This document shows, in pieces, positions 1 to 13,800 of a DNA stretch of 45,263 nucleotides (the stretch's first letter is position 1; every line of letters begins with the position of its first letter). Made by a program: the position numbers and the translations under genes. Below the pieces are notes generated by a model, which saw only the letters and a list, made by a program, of their open reading frames with translations, did no database searches and was not told the DNA's origin. The stretch lies in the NCBI GenBank assembly GCA_048213135.1, contig PS015137.1, positions 93,373 to 138,635 of the forward strand. The letters are read 5' to 3'. The DNA is from Reclinomonas americana ATCC 50394. Its lineage: Eukaryota.

Positions 1-42
1 CAAGTGTGTGTGTGTGTGCAAGTGTGTGTGTGTGTGTGTGAG

Positions 43-2854
43 TGGCGACGGCGCATCTCTTCTCACGCCATCATGCGCCAGTGTTCGTATCTCCATCGGG
101 AACATTACCTGTTGGATCGTGTGGTGGATCACGGCAGTCGCCATGTGCACTCTCCGATGCCATGAGTGCCGCTCTCAGCAACGGATGTCCACCGAGCGAG
201 GTCGTGGGCTTGCTGCTGGTCGGCGGCACGTATCTCGTGCAGCAGGCTATCTTGGTACAGGGTGCGTGTTCGAGAGGAAGAGGGAAGAATGCTCGAATGG
301 AGGCACAATGAGCAGAAGGGGGGGAGAAGTGAGGAAGGGAGGGAGAGAGGGAGACGGAGAAAGAGAAGGACTGATAGTGACGATGGCACTGGAGAAAGAG
401 AGAAAAGAGAGAGCAAAGTCAGAGGCAATGGAGACAGGTTCCCATCTTCGTTCGCGCTTCCCACCTTCGCCTTCTAAGTGCTCCGTTACTTTAACTCATA
501 TTTCTACTTTTCTTTCCGTATCTCCTTCTCCGTCATCTTCTCCTCCTGTTCCTCCGTCTCCCCTTCGCATCCTTCTTCGCCTCCTGCTTCACCCTTTCCT
601 CCTTTCCTTCCTAATCATCATCATTTTGTTCTTCTGTTCTCCTTCTCACCCTTCCTCACCTAATTCTCCTCCTCCTCCTCCTCCTCCTTCATATTCGTGT
701 TCTTCTTCTTCTTCTTCTTCTTCTCCTTCTTCTTCTTCTACCTCTCCTTCCTCTTCCTCTTCGTATTCTTCATTTACTTCTTCTCCTTCCTCTCCCTTTC
801 TCCTTCTCCTCCTCCTCTTCTTCTTCTTGCTCATCTTCTTCCTCCTCCTCCTTCTCCTCTCTCCCTTCCCTTTCTCTTCCCCCTTTCTCTCACCCCTTTC
901 CCTATGATGCAGACCGCGGCCTGTCCCTCTCCCCCGCCTCACCCATCGACACACCCCAACTTCTCCTCTACTCCACCGTCGGCTTCAACATCACCGACTC
1001 GCCCTCGCTGTCGGTCACGGGAGTGTCGTTCGCCAGTGCCGATTCCACCACTCGCCTGGCTCTCGCGTGGAGCAACCCGCCCACCACCCCGCTCACCAGC
1101 ATGGTGACGATTTCTGGGAGCACGTTCGAACGGTGCGGTGTTCACTTGCAGGCGCCGGCCGAATCTCCAGCCGACGTCTCGGTGGTGGTGGAGCAATCGA
1201 CATTTCGCGAGACTGCTGCCTCCGTGTCGGGAGGAGTCCGCTCGGCGTTGCTCTATTCTGGCGCTCCTTGGGGCAGTGTGACACTTGTCAGCAGTCGCTT
1301 CTTCAATTGCACCTCGACGGGTGTCGGTGGCGCAGCCGTGTCGGTCGAGGCGGCTGCCGGTGGTGAGCTGATTATCTCGCAATCCGTGTTTCGCGGGAAC
1401 AGTGCAACCGGTGTTACCGGTGGAGGGAATGGTGGTGGTGGCGCTGTGCTCGTGCGCAGCGACGGTGGCCACCTGTCGGTCACTGTCAGCGACTCGGACT
1501 TTGAGGACAATTACATCACGAAGAGTGCGTCGGGCGGCGGTGCCATGTGGGTCGACTCGGCTGCCACAGGCACGATGGCCAACAATGTCACATTTGTGGA
1601 TTCTGGTAGCCGCTGGTTGCGGAATGCAGTTGTGGACTGTGTCAGCGGCACGTGTAGTGGAGGCGCACTGAGTTTGCGCGCCGTGAGTTCCTGCGACTTG
1701 CTCGGGAGTCTGTTCACTGCCAATGTGGTGACAGGAGGTGGCAACGGTGCGCACTGTGTCCACGAATCTTCGTGCCAGCACAGCTCGTCGAGCGGTTCCT
1801 CCAACAACGGTGGTGGCGCGTTGTGGGTCACTGGCGTTCCGCGAGCGTCGATGAATGTGAGTGGATTGGACGCATACGCACACGCACACACACGTACTCA
1901 TGCATGCTCTCTCCCCAAACATGTACATCTTCCTTCTGGTCATGCATGCCACACGTCTACTCCACTCACGCACATGCTCTATCGTTCTCGCTCTCTCTCT
2001 CTCTCTCGCTCTCTCTCTCTCTCTACTCGCTATCAGTGCCCTCTCACACACTGTCTCACTACTCTCGCTATCACACTACTCACGTCACACACTACGCACT
2101 ACTACTCAGCTACACACACTACACNNNNNNNNNNNNNNNNNNNNNNNNNNNNNNNNNNNNNNNNNNNNNNNNNNNNNNNNNNNNNNNNNNNNNNNNNNNN
2201 NNNNNNNNNNNNNNNNNNNNNNNNNNNNNNNNNNNNNNNNNNNNNNNNNNNNNNNNNNNNNNNNNNNNNNNNNNNNNNNNNNNNNNNNNNNNNNNNNNNN
2301 NNNNNNNNNNNNNNNNNNNNNNNNNNNNNNNNNNNNNNNNNNNNNNNNNNNNNNNNNNNNNNNNNNNNNNNNNNNNNNNNNNNNNNNNNNNNNNNNNNNN
2401 NNNNNNNNNNNNNNNNNNNNNNNNNNNNNNNNNNNNNNNNNNNNNNNNNNNNNNNNNNNNNNNNNNNNNNNNNNNNNNNNNNNNNNNNNNNNNNNNNNNN
2501 NNNNNNNNNNNNNNNNNNNNNNNNNNNNNNNNNNNNNNNNNNNNNNNNNNNNNNNNNNNNNNNNNNNNNNNNNNNNNNNNNNNNNNNNNNNNNNNNNNNN
2601 NNNNNNNNNNNNNNNNNNNNNNNNNNNNNNNNNNNNNNNNNNNNNNNNNNNNNNNNNNNNNNNNNNNNNNNNNNNNNNNNNNNNNNNNNNNNNNNNNNNN
2701 NNNNNNNNNNNNNNNNNNNNNNNNNNNNNNNNNNNNNNNNNNNNNNNNNNNNNNNNNNNNACTACTACTCTTCCTTTCCTTTCCGGTTCGTACGTACGTA
2801 CGACGTACGTACCGACCGTACCGTACCGTACCTACCTACCTACCTACCTACCAC

Positions 2855-2943
<89 letters not shown>

Positions 2944-5900
2944 ACTTCCAGACTGCGGCAGACGTAGCGAACACAGGCACGGACACTATCTTCTTCTCTA
3001 TTCTTTCGTTCATTCATTCTTCTTTCTATCTCTCTCTCTCTCACTGAGAGAGTGGCAGCAGCAGCGAACACAGACGCGTTCAGCATCACGCTTGTACTCA
3101 ATCATTCACATATGCAGACACGTACACCGACCACGCACTTGTACTCACTCTTTTACACGCGCAGACGCGTGCAGACTCGCACTTGTACTCTCTTTCACAC
3201 GCACAGACACGTGCGACGGCATCTCACTTATTCTCTCTCCTTCACACACGCAGACACATACTCTGACCACGCACTTGCACTCACTCATTTACACGTGCAG
3301 ACGCGTTCAGTATCACGCTTGTACTCTATCTTTCACAAATGCATTCACGCGCGGGATATCGCACTTCTACTCAATCATTCTCATATGCAGACACGTACAC
3401 CGACCACGCACTTGTACTCTCTCTCTTTCACACATGCACGCTCGTACACTGACCATGTAGTTGTACTCAATCATTCTCACTCTCTTTGCTTCCCTCTCCT
3501 TAGGTTGTCGACACCATCTGGACCGACAACTTCGTCATCAACGTGTGCAACGGAGGCACAAACTTTACCGACGGTTCTGGTAACTCTGGCACCGCGTGTG
3601 GTGGTGGCGCAGTTCGAGCGGCTTTCTTTGGCAGCGTGTCGGTGAGCCAGCATTGTCGTTCTATTTTCCCCTCGCCTCCTCTTCCTTTCCTCTTTTCCAT
3701 CATTCCTTTCTACCGCTGCATCTCCTTCTGTCTTCTTGTCTTCTTCTTCTTCCTCTTCTTCTCGTCGTCCCCTTCTATTCCTCCTCTTCCTCCTTCTCGT
3801 TTACCTCCTCCTCTTCTAACACTTCTTCTTATTCTCCATCTGCCTCTTCTTCCTCTTCTTCTTCTTCTTCTCCATACCCTTGTTCTCTTCTTCTTTTTCT
3901 TCTTCTTCTTCTCCATACCCTTGTTCTTCCTCTTCTTCTTCTCCTCCTCCATTCCCTTGTTCTTCTTCTTCTTCTCCATACCCTTGTTCTTCTTAGATTC
4001 ATCTTCTTCTCTTTTTCCTCCTTCTCCTTCTTCTTCCTGTTCTCTCCTCCTCCTCCTCCTCCTCCTCCTCCTCCTCTTCTTCTTCTTCTTCCTCCTCCTC
4101 CTCCTCCTCCTTCTCCTCCTCCTCCTCCTCCTCTTCCTCCACCTCCTCCTCCTCCTCTTCTGAATCTTTGCCCTCTCGCCAGGTCTCCAACTCCACATTC
4201 ATTGGCAATCGCGTGGAGGATGCCGCAAACGGTGGTCATCTCAACGGCGTCAGTGGCGACAGTCTTCCGGGAGAGAGCAGTGGTGGAGGCGCCCTCTTCC
4301 TGTACGAGGCGGTGCGTGCTTTCACGACATCTCTTGCCTCTGTCCCTTGAAGGCTTACCGTGCTCTACCACAGAATCTGTCGGTAATCGGCTGTATACTG
4401 TCAAACAACAGTGTGACGAATGTCGGCAGCGGCGGTATATCTGCACTACCCTGTCATTTTGTTCCTCGCCAGTGCTCTCAATCATCTAAACTTGTGCAGG
4501 CGACAATAATGAAGTCTCTGGCGACTCATACGGCTCGAGTCACGGTGGCGGGGCGCTGCTGTGGGTGGCAACTGCCAGCGACTCGGTGAGCTGATGCTGT
4601 TATTGTTGCAGCCGTCGTCAGATTTATCCTCATGCATCCTTGTACGTCGCACAGTCTCCACTGCGACTGCAGGTTGAGCGTACAGTATTCAACCACAATC
4701 AGGCCGTGCAGTGTGGATGCGGTGGTGGGTGTGCGCAACTTCATTTGAATCACATTCACGCAGTCGATTGACGTGTTGCGCAGGCCACCACAACGCCGAG
4801 AGTGGCAATGTGTACGGAAGTCATCATGGAGGTGGTGCGATTGCGACCAGCACATTCGCCGGCAGTTCCACAACAGTGCGTCAGCAAGAGAGTGCCTGCC
4901 TGCATCATCTCTTTTTCTATTGTACTGTTGTGACATCGTCGTTGTTCTTGCAGCGTCGTCGGCAATTGAACGTGTTGCTGGCCAGTTGCACATTTGTCAA
5001 CAACGCTGCGCTGGGAAACGGTGTTGGTGGCAGCGACTCGGACTATGGCGACGGAGTCTCGAATGCGGACGGCTCTGGCGGTGGCGCCGTGCTGGCCTAC
5101 TGGAGCGGCGTTTCGGCGACGATTAATGTGCGTCCTCCATACATTCTCCATGCTGGGCGCTCATGTGTAATAATGGTGTGAGCACAGGTGACAGACGTGG
5201 TATTCGCGGACAACTCGGCAATCGGCAATGGTTTGGTGCCATGGAGAAGAGTGCATCTCTTTCTGCAGTACTCTTTGTAACACGCAAATCGTCTTGTGCA
5301 GCGGTGGGAGGCAGCCGGAACATTCGAGGTGTGGGCGAAAGCCTGGCTCGTTTTGTGGGCGGCGGTGCGCTGTTGGTGACATCTGGCTCGTCGCGCACGG
5401 ATTCCGTTGTGGTCCGTGTGTTCCTTTTGTTCCCCTTACCTGCTATGCAATACCGTTGTTCACCACTTTTTGCTAATGCAGAGCGTAACAAAATGCAAAT
5501 TTTGGAGAAATACCGCCAACAACAACGGGAGTGGCGGGAGTGGCAATTGGCTAGGTTCGAGTTCCGGCAAGTTCAACGGCGGCGGTGCCCTGCTCATGGC
5601 CCCGTTTGTGAGTCTTGTGCTTTTGCATCAATTCCGATCATCTGTCTTCTCATTACGCTCGCAGCGAGCGAATGTGACGCTGCAAGACTGCGACATTTCT
5701 GATAACTCTGCGTCGAGAAACGGAGCTGGCGGCGACGATAGTATTTTGTTCGGCAACGGTGGCGACGGTAATGGTGGCGGTGGCGCGCTCATTTTCGGTA
5801 TTGGCGCCGATGGCTCCGCGGTGGAGCGGTGCTCGTTCTTCAACAACACGGTGATTGACCCCGGCGCGCCTGGGCTTGTGAAACCCGGTCTGTACGAAGG

Positions 5901-8900
5901 CAGCCACGTGTTTTCCTCGGGTGCCTACTGCGGTGGCGGTGGCGTATATGCCTTTGGCGATTTGACGATGCGGCACTGCAACGCGACGAACAACAGGGCC
6001 ATTTTCACGACATCAGAGTCAACTGCCGGCGACGCGTGCGGAGGAGGTGGCGCTTTGATTTACACTGGCACGTTGCAGGCCGTGAACATCACCGGCAATA
6101 CTGTCAGTGGTGGACTTGCTGCTGGAGGCGGTGTGCTGCTGACCAGCCAGTCTACCTTGAGGAACAGCACTGTGTGCTCCAACGAGGCTGGTGCCGGAGG
6201 TGGCGGCGGTATCGCCATGTTCGGATTCAACGTGCTCGTGGAGGACTGCGATGCGTCGCAAAACAGCATTGTGCGCGGCAGCAAAGGCGATGGTGGCGGT
6301 ATCCTGATCTACGGCTACGTAACGCAAGCCACCATTAGGCGTACCAACGTTGCAGACAATCATGCCGAGTATGCGGGTGGCATATCTGCGGCGCGTGCTG
6401 GCGACGTTACTCTCGATGCAGTGGTGGTTGCCAACAACACAGCGTGGCACAGTGGTGGTGGTCTCTTTATTGACGAGTCGTGCATTCTTCGTGGCGACCT
6501 CACTGTGATCGACAACAATCGCGCGAAATTCTTTGGTGGCGGCGTGTACAGCGGTGGATCGGCGTCAGCCATCTGGTACTCCTCTTCAGTGACCAACAAC
6601 GTGGCCGTGTTTGGTGGTGGCCTCTTCATCACGGACATGAGCAACACAACTCTGCGCAGCAACGCAATCCTCAGCGACAATTCCGCAACCGACGGCAGCG
6701 GCGGTGGGAGCTATGTGAATGGAGAGGCCGTGCTGCTTCTCGTGGGAGGCACGGTGAGTGGCAACTCGGCGCCGCTGCTGGGTGGAGGCGTGTACGCCTC
6801 GGAGGGTGGCAAGTTAATGACGGAAGGCAGTCGATTCGTGTCGAACTCGGCGGGCATCTCGGGAGGTCATGTGGCCCTGAGTGCCGCGGCGCGCTGGCAG
6901 GATGCAGGAGGGTCTTCCTTTTCGAATGGCTCCGCAACATTTGGTGGCGGTGCTGTTTTGGTGGAGGGTCGAGCCAATGTCGATGCGACGGGAACGACCT
7001 TTGATAACAACGTCTCGGCACGTTCTCATGGCGGCGCGATCCTCATCAACGAGTGTGTCAACGTGACGCTGACAGAAGTGCAGATCGTCAGCAATGGGGC
7101 GCAGAACGGCGGTGGACTGTACATGTCTACCTCGTCACCGTACAGCCATCTGATTGTGCTGAACAGCATTTTCGCCAACAACATTGCCCGCGGGAGTGGT
7201 GGTGCGGTGTACGCCAATGGCAACGGTGCGTTGTTGGTGGAGAACAATTGCGTTTTCCGCAACAACATTGCATCCAACGGTGACGGCGGCGGCATTGCTG
7301 TCTCCAACTCGCTCAATGTGTCGGTGACTTTTGCTGTGCTGGACTTGAATACTGCATTCGGCCGAGGTGGTGGCCTCGCCGTGAATATGACTTCGACTTC
7401 CCCCGACACTATTAGAGCACACGGACTAATGGGCGTCGGGCTCACCAACGTGACTCTCTCGCGCAACGCGGCCTCGTTCCCTCCCCATCAAACCCTGCAT
7501 TTGGCTGGCGAGGGAGCCGGTGGAGGCATTTTTCTGAACGGCTTTGGCGTGCCGGAGAGTCTTGATGCAGTGCGTGCCATGTTCGATGAGCAGTACGGTG
7601 GGCACTTGCGGAATTGGCTCAACGAGCAGAGCGTTAATGTTACCGGTAATAACGTCGCGGTCAATTCAGAGACCTCCGCAGTTGGCTCCAGTTGCGTACG
7701 CGACTCGTTATTTTTCGCCTGCTGGTGCAGGAGTAACTCACTGTGTGGTGATGCAGCTTTCTACAATCTCACTCTCTCGTCGCTGAACCAATTCCCGACG
7801 GCTTCATCACCGTACTTTGTATCCGCCGTTGCCACCGATGTATTCAAGCACAACATGACCACTCTCGATGGCATGCAGTTACGAGCCGACTGCGTCAGTG
7901 GTTGCATGGGATCGCCGGTGAGTGCAGGGATCAGTGTGTGCTCTTGTGTGCGACACAACCCTCACGCTGTTGCAGATAATGCCGGTGGAGATGACCCCGT
8001 ACCAGGGCTTCTCCAACGGGACCACGCATTTCGGCTTCTTTGTCATTGAACCGACGGCATCCGTCAATGTCAGCTTGCAAGCGGGAAGCGGTTTATACGT
8101 GTGGCCACATGACAACACGCTCGCCCAGTGCCCGACCGGCATGTCTTTAGATATAAAGACTGGATGTGGCGATTGTGCATACGGCAACTTTACGGAACCG
8201 TGGAAAGCCGCTGGCACCGTGTGCGGCCCCTGCGTGGCTCACTTCGAATGCCGTGGCGGGCGTAACATTGTGGTGGACTTGGATCACTGGACTTTTCCCT
8301 TGGCCGTTGACGACGCGAAGCCGCTGCCAGCACACGTTGTGGGTGGTGAGGTGAAGATGGAGTCGCTGCAAGCCTATCAGTGCCCGTTTACGTACTGCCA
8401 GCGAGACGATCCAGTGACGTTTTCGTCCAGCGCCAACTACTGTGCACGGGATTCGAACCGATCGCCAAGCTCGGTTCTGTGTGGTGCGTGCGAAGACGGA
8501 TTCTCGATGTTGGAGGACAAGTGTGTTGCGTGTCCGGCCGTCAGTTCCTCAGCCATTGTGTTGATGGTACTCGAGATGTGGCTCTTTGTGCTCCTCTGTC
8601 ACGCTCTCTTTGGCAGTCGTCGTGGCAAAGGTTTGTGAGGAAGAAGTTGCCATCGTCGCCTCACTTCTTTCTACGTTACTCACACACGCACTCGCTGTCG
8701 TACTCAGCCTTGGCGGAGACGTTGTTCTTCACGGTGCAGACGGCCTCGCTGATGGCGTACCCGGAAACCGAACTGCTGTCACTTGGTCGATTCATTGCTT
8801 GGCCGACATTTGTGCCTGGTGTGGGTTGTCCGGCGAATCTGGATGCCATGGGCGACTTGGTGTTTCGCATTCTTCGGCCCTTTGCGTTCTTGGTGCTGCT

Positions 8901-10750
8901 GTGGTTGCCGGTCGGCATCCGAAAGCTGCTAAACCTGCTTCTCAACCGCGCAAATCGAAAGTCTCGTGGTTGTTGGCATCTGAAAGCACCTCTTCGGCGG
9001 TGGGGTGGAGAGGTTGTGGCCAACCACCTCATGGCACCTGTGCGACGGAAAGGGTGCATACCCATCACATTTGCACTCTTGATGTACTTTTACGGTGACT
9101 TGGCCCGCAACTCCATATCGTACTTTAAGTGCACGGCAGTGGGCGACTCGCACGTCATGGTGCTGTCGCCGAGCATTGCTTGCTACACTGGAGAGTTGCG
9201 TCAAATAAGCATTTATCGTCATTAATATGTCAAACTCATTTGCTCCGTGGCATGCGGACTGCAGATGGAATCGCTTCGTGGCCTTGTTTGCCATGACGCT
9301 AGCCTTCGTCATTGTTGCACCCATCGCAATCATTGTCTGCATGTGGCGGTGGAAACGCCAGAGAGTGCTGCTGAGTAAGGTGCATCAGCTCGATTGATTG
9401 TGCGTGACAAGGGTTGCAGGTGAATTCGAATTGACCTGATTTGCAACTGTGCAGTCGTGGGCCTTTGGCATCTTTTACTTGCACTTTCGAGACCAATACT
9501 ATTGGTTCTACGGTGAGTGAACATGGGTGGGAGGGGAGTATCATACCTCTCTGGCGCTCACTCATTCGACACACCTCGCAGGCTATCAGCAGGCGCGTCG
9601 ACTCATTCTCACGGCACTCTGGATTCTCCTGATAGCCAACAGCAGCATCGAGATTATGTTTCTCGTGCTGTGGCTCTACATGACGCTACTGTTCGCCGTG
9701 CAGTACTTTGCGGAACCGTACTTGGACGCCAACAATCAGTTGTGCGAGGTGTGTCACCCCTCCATTTAAAAGACAGTGGACGAAGAGCTGACCATTTGTT
9801 TGCGCGTACAGTCGGTAGCGCTGGTGGGTCTGCTCTTCATCACTAGCGTCAACGCCGCTCGAGCACCGAACGAATTCAAGAAAGTCACCGCTATTCTTGT
9901 GGTCTCTCTCCTCTCGGCGTTCATTCTCGCGTGTATGCTCATGTGGACTTGCTCGGCCTCGTGCAAGGCCTGGTGGAAGAATCATCATGCGCGTGAGGTA
10001 ACGGATGGCAAGCGCAATGGTGAACGCGAGTTTGAAGGCGAGAGTGAGAGTCTGCTCGGGAATGTTCTCAGCGACACGGCATACAACGGCTCGTCCGACA
10101 CAGCAGCTGCACGACCGAGTATTGGCCTCAGCCGCAGTCCGCTGCTGTCACTGTCGTCCCCAGCAGCACCACCGCCACCACCGCGGCCCCGTGTCACAAC
10201 AACCACCCTCTCGCCTGTCCAGCCACCAATGGTCATTTCGCTGCTGGCGTCGGCCTCTGCCGCCGCTGCGTCGATGCAGCCACCGCCGTCGACTGGTGCG
10301 TTCACTCACGATAAGATTGTTTTGCATCTTTGTTTTCTCACGCTCGCGGATATAGATGGCAGTGCCGCCACGAGTACTGAGCAGGAGTCGCCGCTGCTGC
10401 GCGGTGACGTGGACGGAGAGGAGAGGCAAGACACCGCCGAGGATAACGACGGAGATTTGTCGTCGGAGTCTGCGCGGCTTGTTGATCGATCAGCGAGGCC
10501 ACTTCGTCGCCCAGTGCCACCTCTTCTCCCGCTCCCGCCGCCGGCGCTGACTGCCCCATTGCTGGCATCAATGTCACCGCGGCGCAGTGTGGATCCATTG
10601 GCTGGCCTCCGAGTCGCCGATGTTCTCGAGACTCCCCGGAGGGAGTCACCACGCACACACCTCGAGGCTGCGCAGATGCGGCAAGTGCGACGAGCATGGA
10701 GAAAGAAGCGCAAGGACGGACGCGAAAAAGACGAAGACAAGTCTGACTAA
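43..10750 (+). CDS. Large multi-exon membrane protein: polymorphic-membrane-protein-like (GGA[I/L/V]...FxxN) beta-helix repeats, Cys-rich region, about 8-9 TM segments, low-complexity cytoplasmic tail; 5' end lies upstream of the window
   Basis: About 18 exons join in phase through GT-AG introns (e.g. ~43-261, 913-1856, 3504-3641, 4183-4311, 5665-7917, 7976-8630, 8708-9194; last exon ends TAA at 10750). Repeated FxxN and GGGA[LVI] motifs. Cys-rich stretch (CPTG...CGDCAYG...CGACEDG). TM region has motifs typical of protist Pmp-TM proteins (SPSIAC, FGIFYLHFRDQYYW, PYLDANNQLCE). An exon hidden in the gap at 2125-2760 cannot be excluded. Confidence 0.85.
480..905. repeat. Intronic pyrimidine-rich low-complexity tract (CTT/CCT)n
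   Basis: Direct reading; lies inside intron 262-912. Confidence 0.9.
2125..2760. other. Assembly gap (N run)
   Basis: Run of n, flanked by (CT)n and TACG-like noisy sequence. Confidence 0.99.
3060..3480. repeat. Diverged intronic minisatellite, about 40-bp units (cacgcacttgtactc...cacacgcagac)
   Basis: Recurring cttgtactc and cagacacg/cagacgcg cores; atatgcagacacgtacaccgaccacgcacttgtactc occurs at both ~3110 and ~3382. Confidence 0.75.
3660..4160. repeat. Intronic (CTT)n/(CCT)n microsatellite with repeated ctccatacccttgttct units
   Basis: Direct reading; inside intron 3642-4182. Confidence 0.9.
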
Positions 10751-10815
10751 CACAGACAACGCGGGTGGGGAGAACGCGCATCACACTAGTATTGTATATT
10801 CCAAGTTAGACTGTT

Positions 10816-13800
10816 TCACGATGGGGAAAGGGTGCTGCTGGCAATGTCGCTGTCCGACGAGTACACCGGTTCGCCGTCCGAGTCAGCAGAGAGGACAGCA
10901 GCGGCCTGCAGAGAGGTGATTAGTGGGAGGGGGGAAAGAGGAGGAAAGAGAGAATAGAAGAAGACAAAGGGGAAGGGTAGAACGAGGGTGGCGAGAGTGG
11001 AGTTTAGTAGAATAGAAAGGCAGGGCAAATCGCAATAACACACTGGAGAGTGGAGAAGGAAAATTGATGGGACTCGGAAGCACGACGACATGATACGAAC
11101 AGTCAGACACACAAACGCGCAAACAGCAGGAAGGCAGTGAGGCCGAACATCGGTACGACTGACGGAGCAGGACGCAGCGACCGCGAAGGGGAGAAGAGAC
11201 AGAGCAGGAGACAGACGCAACAGTTCTTGCGACGGCGACGGCGGCGGCTGAGGGTGCAGGCTTGGCCATCGGTGCCTTCGACACAGCTGTTTTCTTCGGC
11301 GAAGGTGACGACGAGGAGGATGATGAGGAAGAAGAAGAAGAAGAGGACGACGACGAATCGTCGCTGCTCTTCTTCTTTTTCTTCTCCTTCTTGTCCTTCT
11401 TCTCCTTGTCGCCCTTGTCTTTATCCTTCTTCTCCTTCTCGCCCTTGTCTTTTTCGCCCTTGTCCTTGCCCTTCTTATCCTTCACCTCCTTGTCCTTCTG
11501 CTTCTTCTTCTTGCTGTCTTCGACGACTGCAGCTGCTGGCTTCCTCCGGTCAATGGCTGCCGGCGCGGCACTAGAGGTCGCGCCGCGGCCCGTCACCACG
11601 ACGGCACCGGTCTGCGCCGCTCGACACTCAGTAAGATAAGAAGGCAGCGCTACACATACAATGATGGTGCTCGACGTAACTCCGGCAGCAGCTCCAGCTC
11701 TCCGTGGTCGACTGCGAAGACGGAAACCGTCGCTACCGTCATCTTCGTCGTCAGAGGGTGCCGTGGCACCACGCTGCACTGCGGTCTCCAGCGAGTGCAA
11801 CCACTGCTGCTGGGCCAGTTGACGTGCCATCTCTCGCACACGGTTCCGCAAGCGAGCCAGCTCGCCTTTCTGAGCCTGCACACACACACAAACAAACAAA
11901 CAAACATGGTGAGCGCCAAGCAGGTTCACAGTTTTACAAAAAATGGGTGTGTGAAACTGGCGACAATAGTGCAGTTTCCATGGCGTCCAGGGGAACACGA
12001 ATGACCAGCCGCCTTTCGAGTCTGGAGATCTCGCGCTGCACGGCAGCGACCTCGTCGGCCATCGCAGCACCGCTGGTATCTCCACCGTCCACCGAGGCGC
12101 GCAATCTGAGAAGAGCAAGCGGTGAAAAAGGGGGAACGGGGAGAAGGGGGAGAAGGGGGAGAAGAGGGAGAAGGGGGAGAAGGGGGAGAAGGGGGAGGAA
12201 GGGAGAGAAGGGAGAGAAGGGAGAGAAGGAGGAAAGGGGGAAAGGGGGAGAAGGGGGAGAAGGAGGAGAAGGCGGAGAAGGGGGATGCGGGAGAAGGGGC
12301 AGGGAAGGGGGATGCGGGGAGAAGGGGAGAAGGGGAAAAAGGGGGAAAGGAAAGAGCAGGTGATAGGAGAGAGAAAATGGAGAGGGAGGGAAATAGAGAG
12401 GGAGAGAAACACGGGTACGGAGGGGAAAAGAGAAAGTAGATTCGACGAGGGAGGGCAAGAAAAAGGGAAGGGAGAAGAGGGAGGGAGAACAAATTAGGAA
12501 ACGGGGAGAGAAACAGGAGCGTTTGTTGCGTTTTGTTGAGCGCCGCCACAATCGACTTCTCCTAACCAATCTCTCACCCTCTATCTCTTCCCTTCTTTCC
12601 CTTGTTCTTCTCTCTCTCTCCCCGCACCTCCTCAGAATCAGCTCACGCTGCTTGTGCGCCTTGTCGGTGGCACTCAGCGACGGCTTCTCCACCGAGTGCG
12701 AACTCTGGAGAATCTTCTGCGCACGCTCCTCGGCAAACTTGTTCTCCAACTCGATGCGCCGCAGCCGCTGCTCGAATTGCTCCACATGCAAGTACTCGCC
12801 CACCGTGGCGTTTGTCGATACTTGTGCCATTCGCTCGAGCACACTCAGCGTCGCGCGAGAGGCCCTGGCAGACTGCGCAGGTGGCGACATAATGTATGTG
12901 AGTGAGTGAGTGGCTGTCGCATAGTAGCACAGTAGTGCGCGCATACCGGGGGTCTCTGGTGTGGGGCCGAAGAAGGTCGCGCGAGTGGTGGCGGCGGTGC
13001 TGCTGCTGCTGCCGCTGTGGTGCTCGTGACTCTCGTCTGCGCCTCGTCTTGTTTCAGGTGAAGAGCACTGCGGACGATGTGGTCCCACTGTCGCTCCACC
13101 AACTGCTGTGAGAGCTCCTCCCGCTGATGTTGCAGAACGGCCAGCTGTCGTCGGAGTTCGGGAGTGAAATCCACGGCCAGTTCGTGTTTCGTTGCCTCGA
13201 TGCGCATCTCCAGATCGAGAATTTCGGCACGCAGAAGCTCCAGCTCCTCCGACGGCTGCGATCCGGCATGCTGCACAGCAGCTTTCAGTCTGCACCGACC
13301 ACGAATGAGTGAGCGGCAAGCGGAGAGATCTCACACTCCGGCCACGTGCTCGACGTAATCAACTGTCGTGTCATCTTCCGTCGTCGTTCATGAGCCGCAC
13401 GGTCGCGCCGCTCGGAGCGTTTGCTGAACGAGTCCTCACTGACGTGACCGCTGCTGCTCGGTGGACCTGCGAGAACCTCATGCAGCGGGACCACAGACTG
13501 CGCGTGAAGCGGCGTGAGACTCACACACAGAGAGACAGAGAGAGAGAGAGAAATGACCGACCTCGCTGATGCGTTGCTCGTTCCTAATCGAAAACTCGTC
13601 ACCATCAGTGAAAAATGCATTCCACAAGAAGTGCAGGGAGGCGCAACTCCTTTCCCCGACGCTCCGACTCCAGACGCTGCAGTCGACCCTCGAGTTGCAG
13701 AAATGCGTGAGACGGCAGCTCTCGATGTTCACTGCCGATTCCGCGAATGAGTTGTGCTTTCGCTTGAACAACAGAAGACACGTTGAACGCAACGGAGCAT

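Noticed and set aside
8-4489. Long poly-Leu/Ser/Phe/Glu/Arg ORFs in the six-frame track (also 11926-12549, 32258-32934, 37070-37695, 40182-40753)
   Set aside because: Stop-free translations of intronic microsatellites or N runs.
5665-7917. Bacterial autotransporter/Pmp contamination
   Set aside because: The exon belongs to a spliced gene with a eukaryotic Cys-rich and multipass helical C-terminus, not a beta-barrel.
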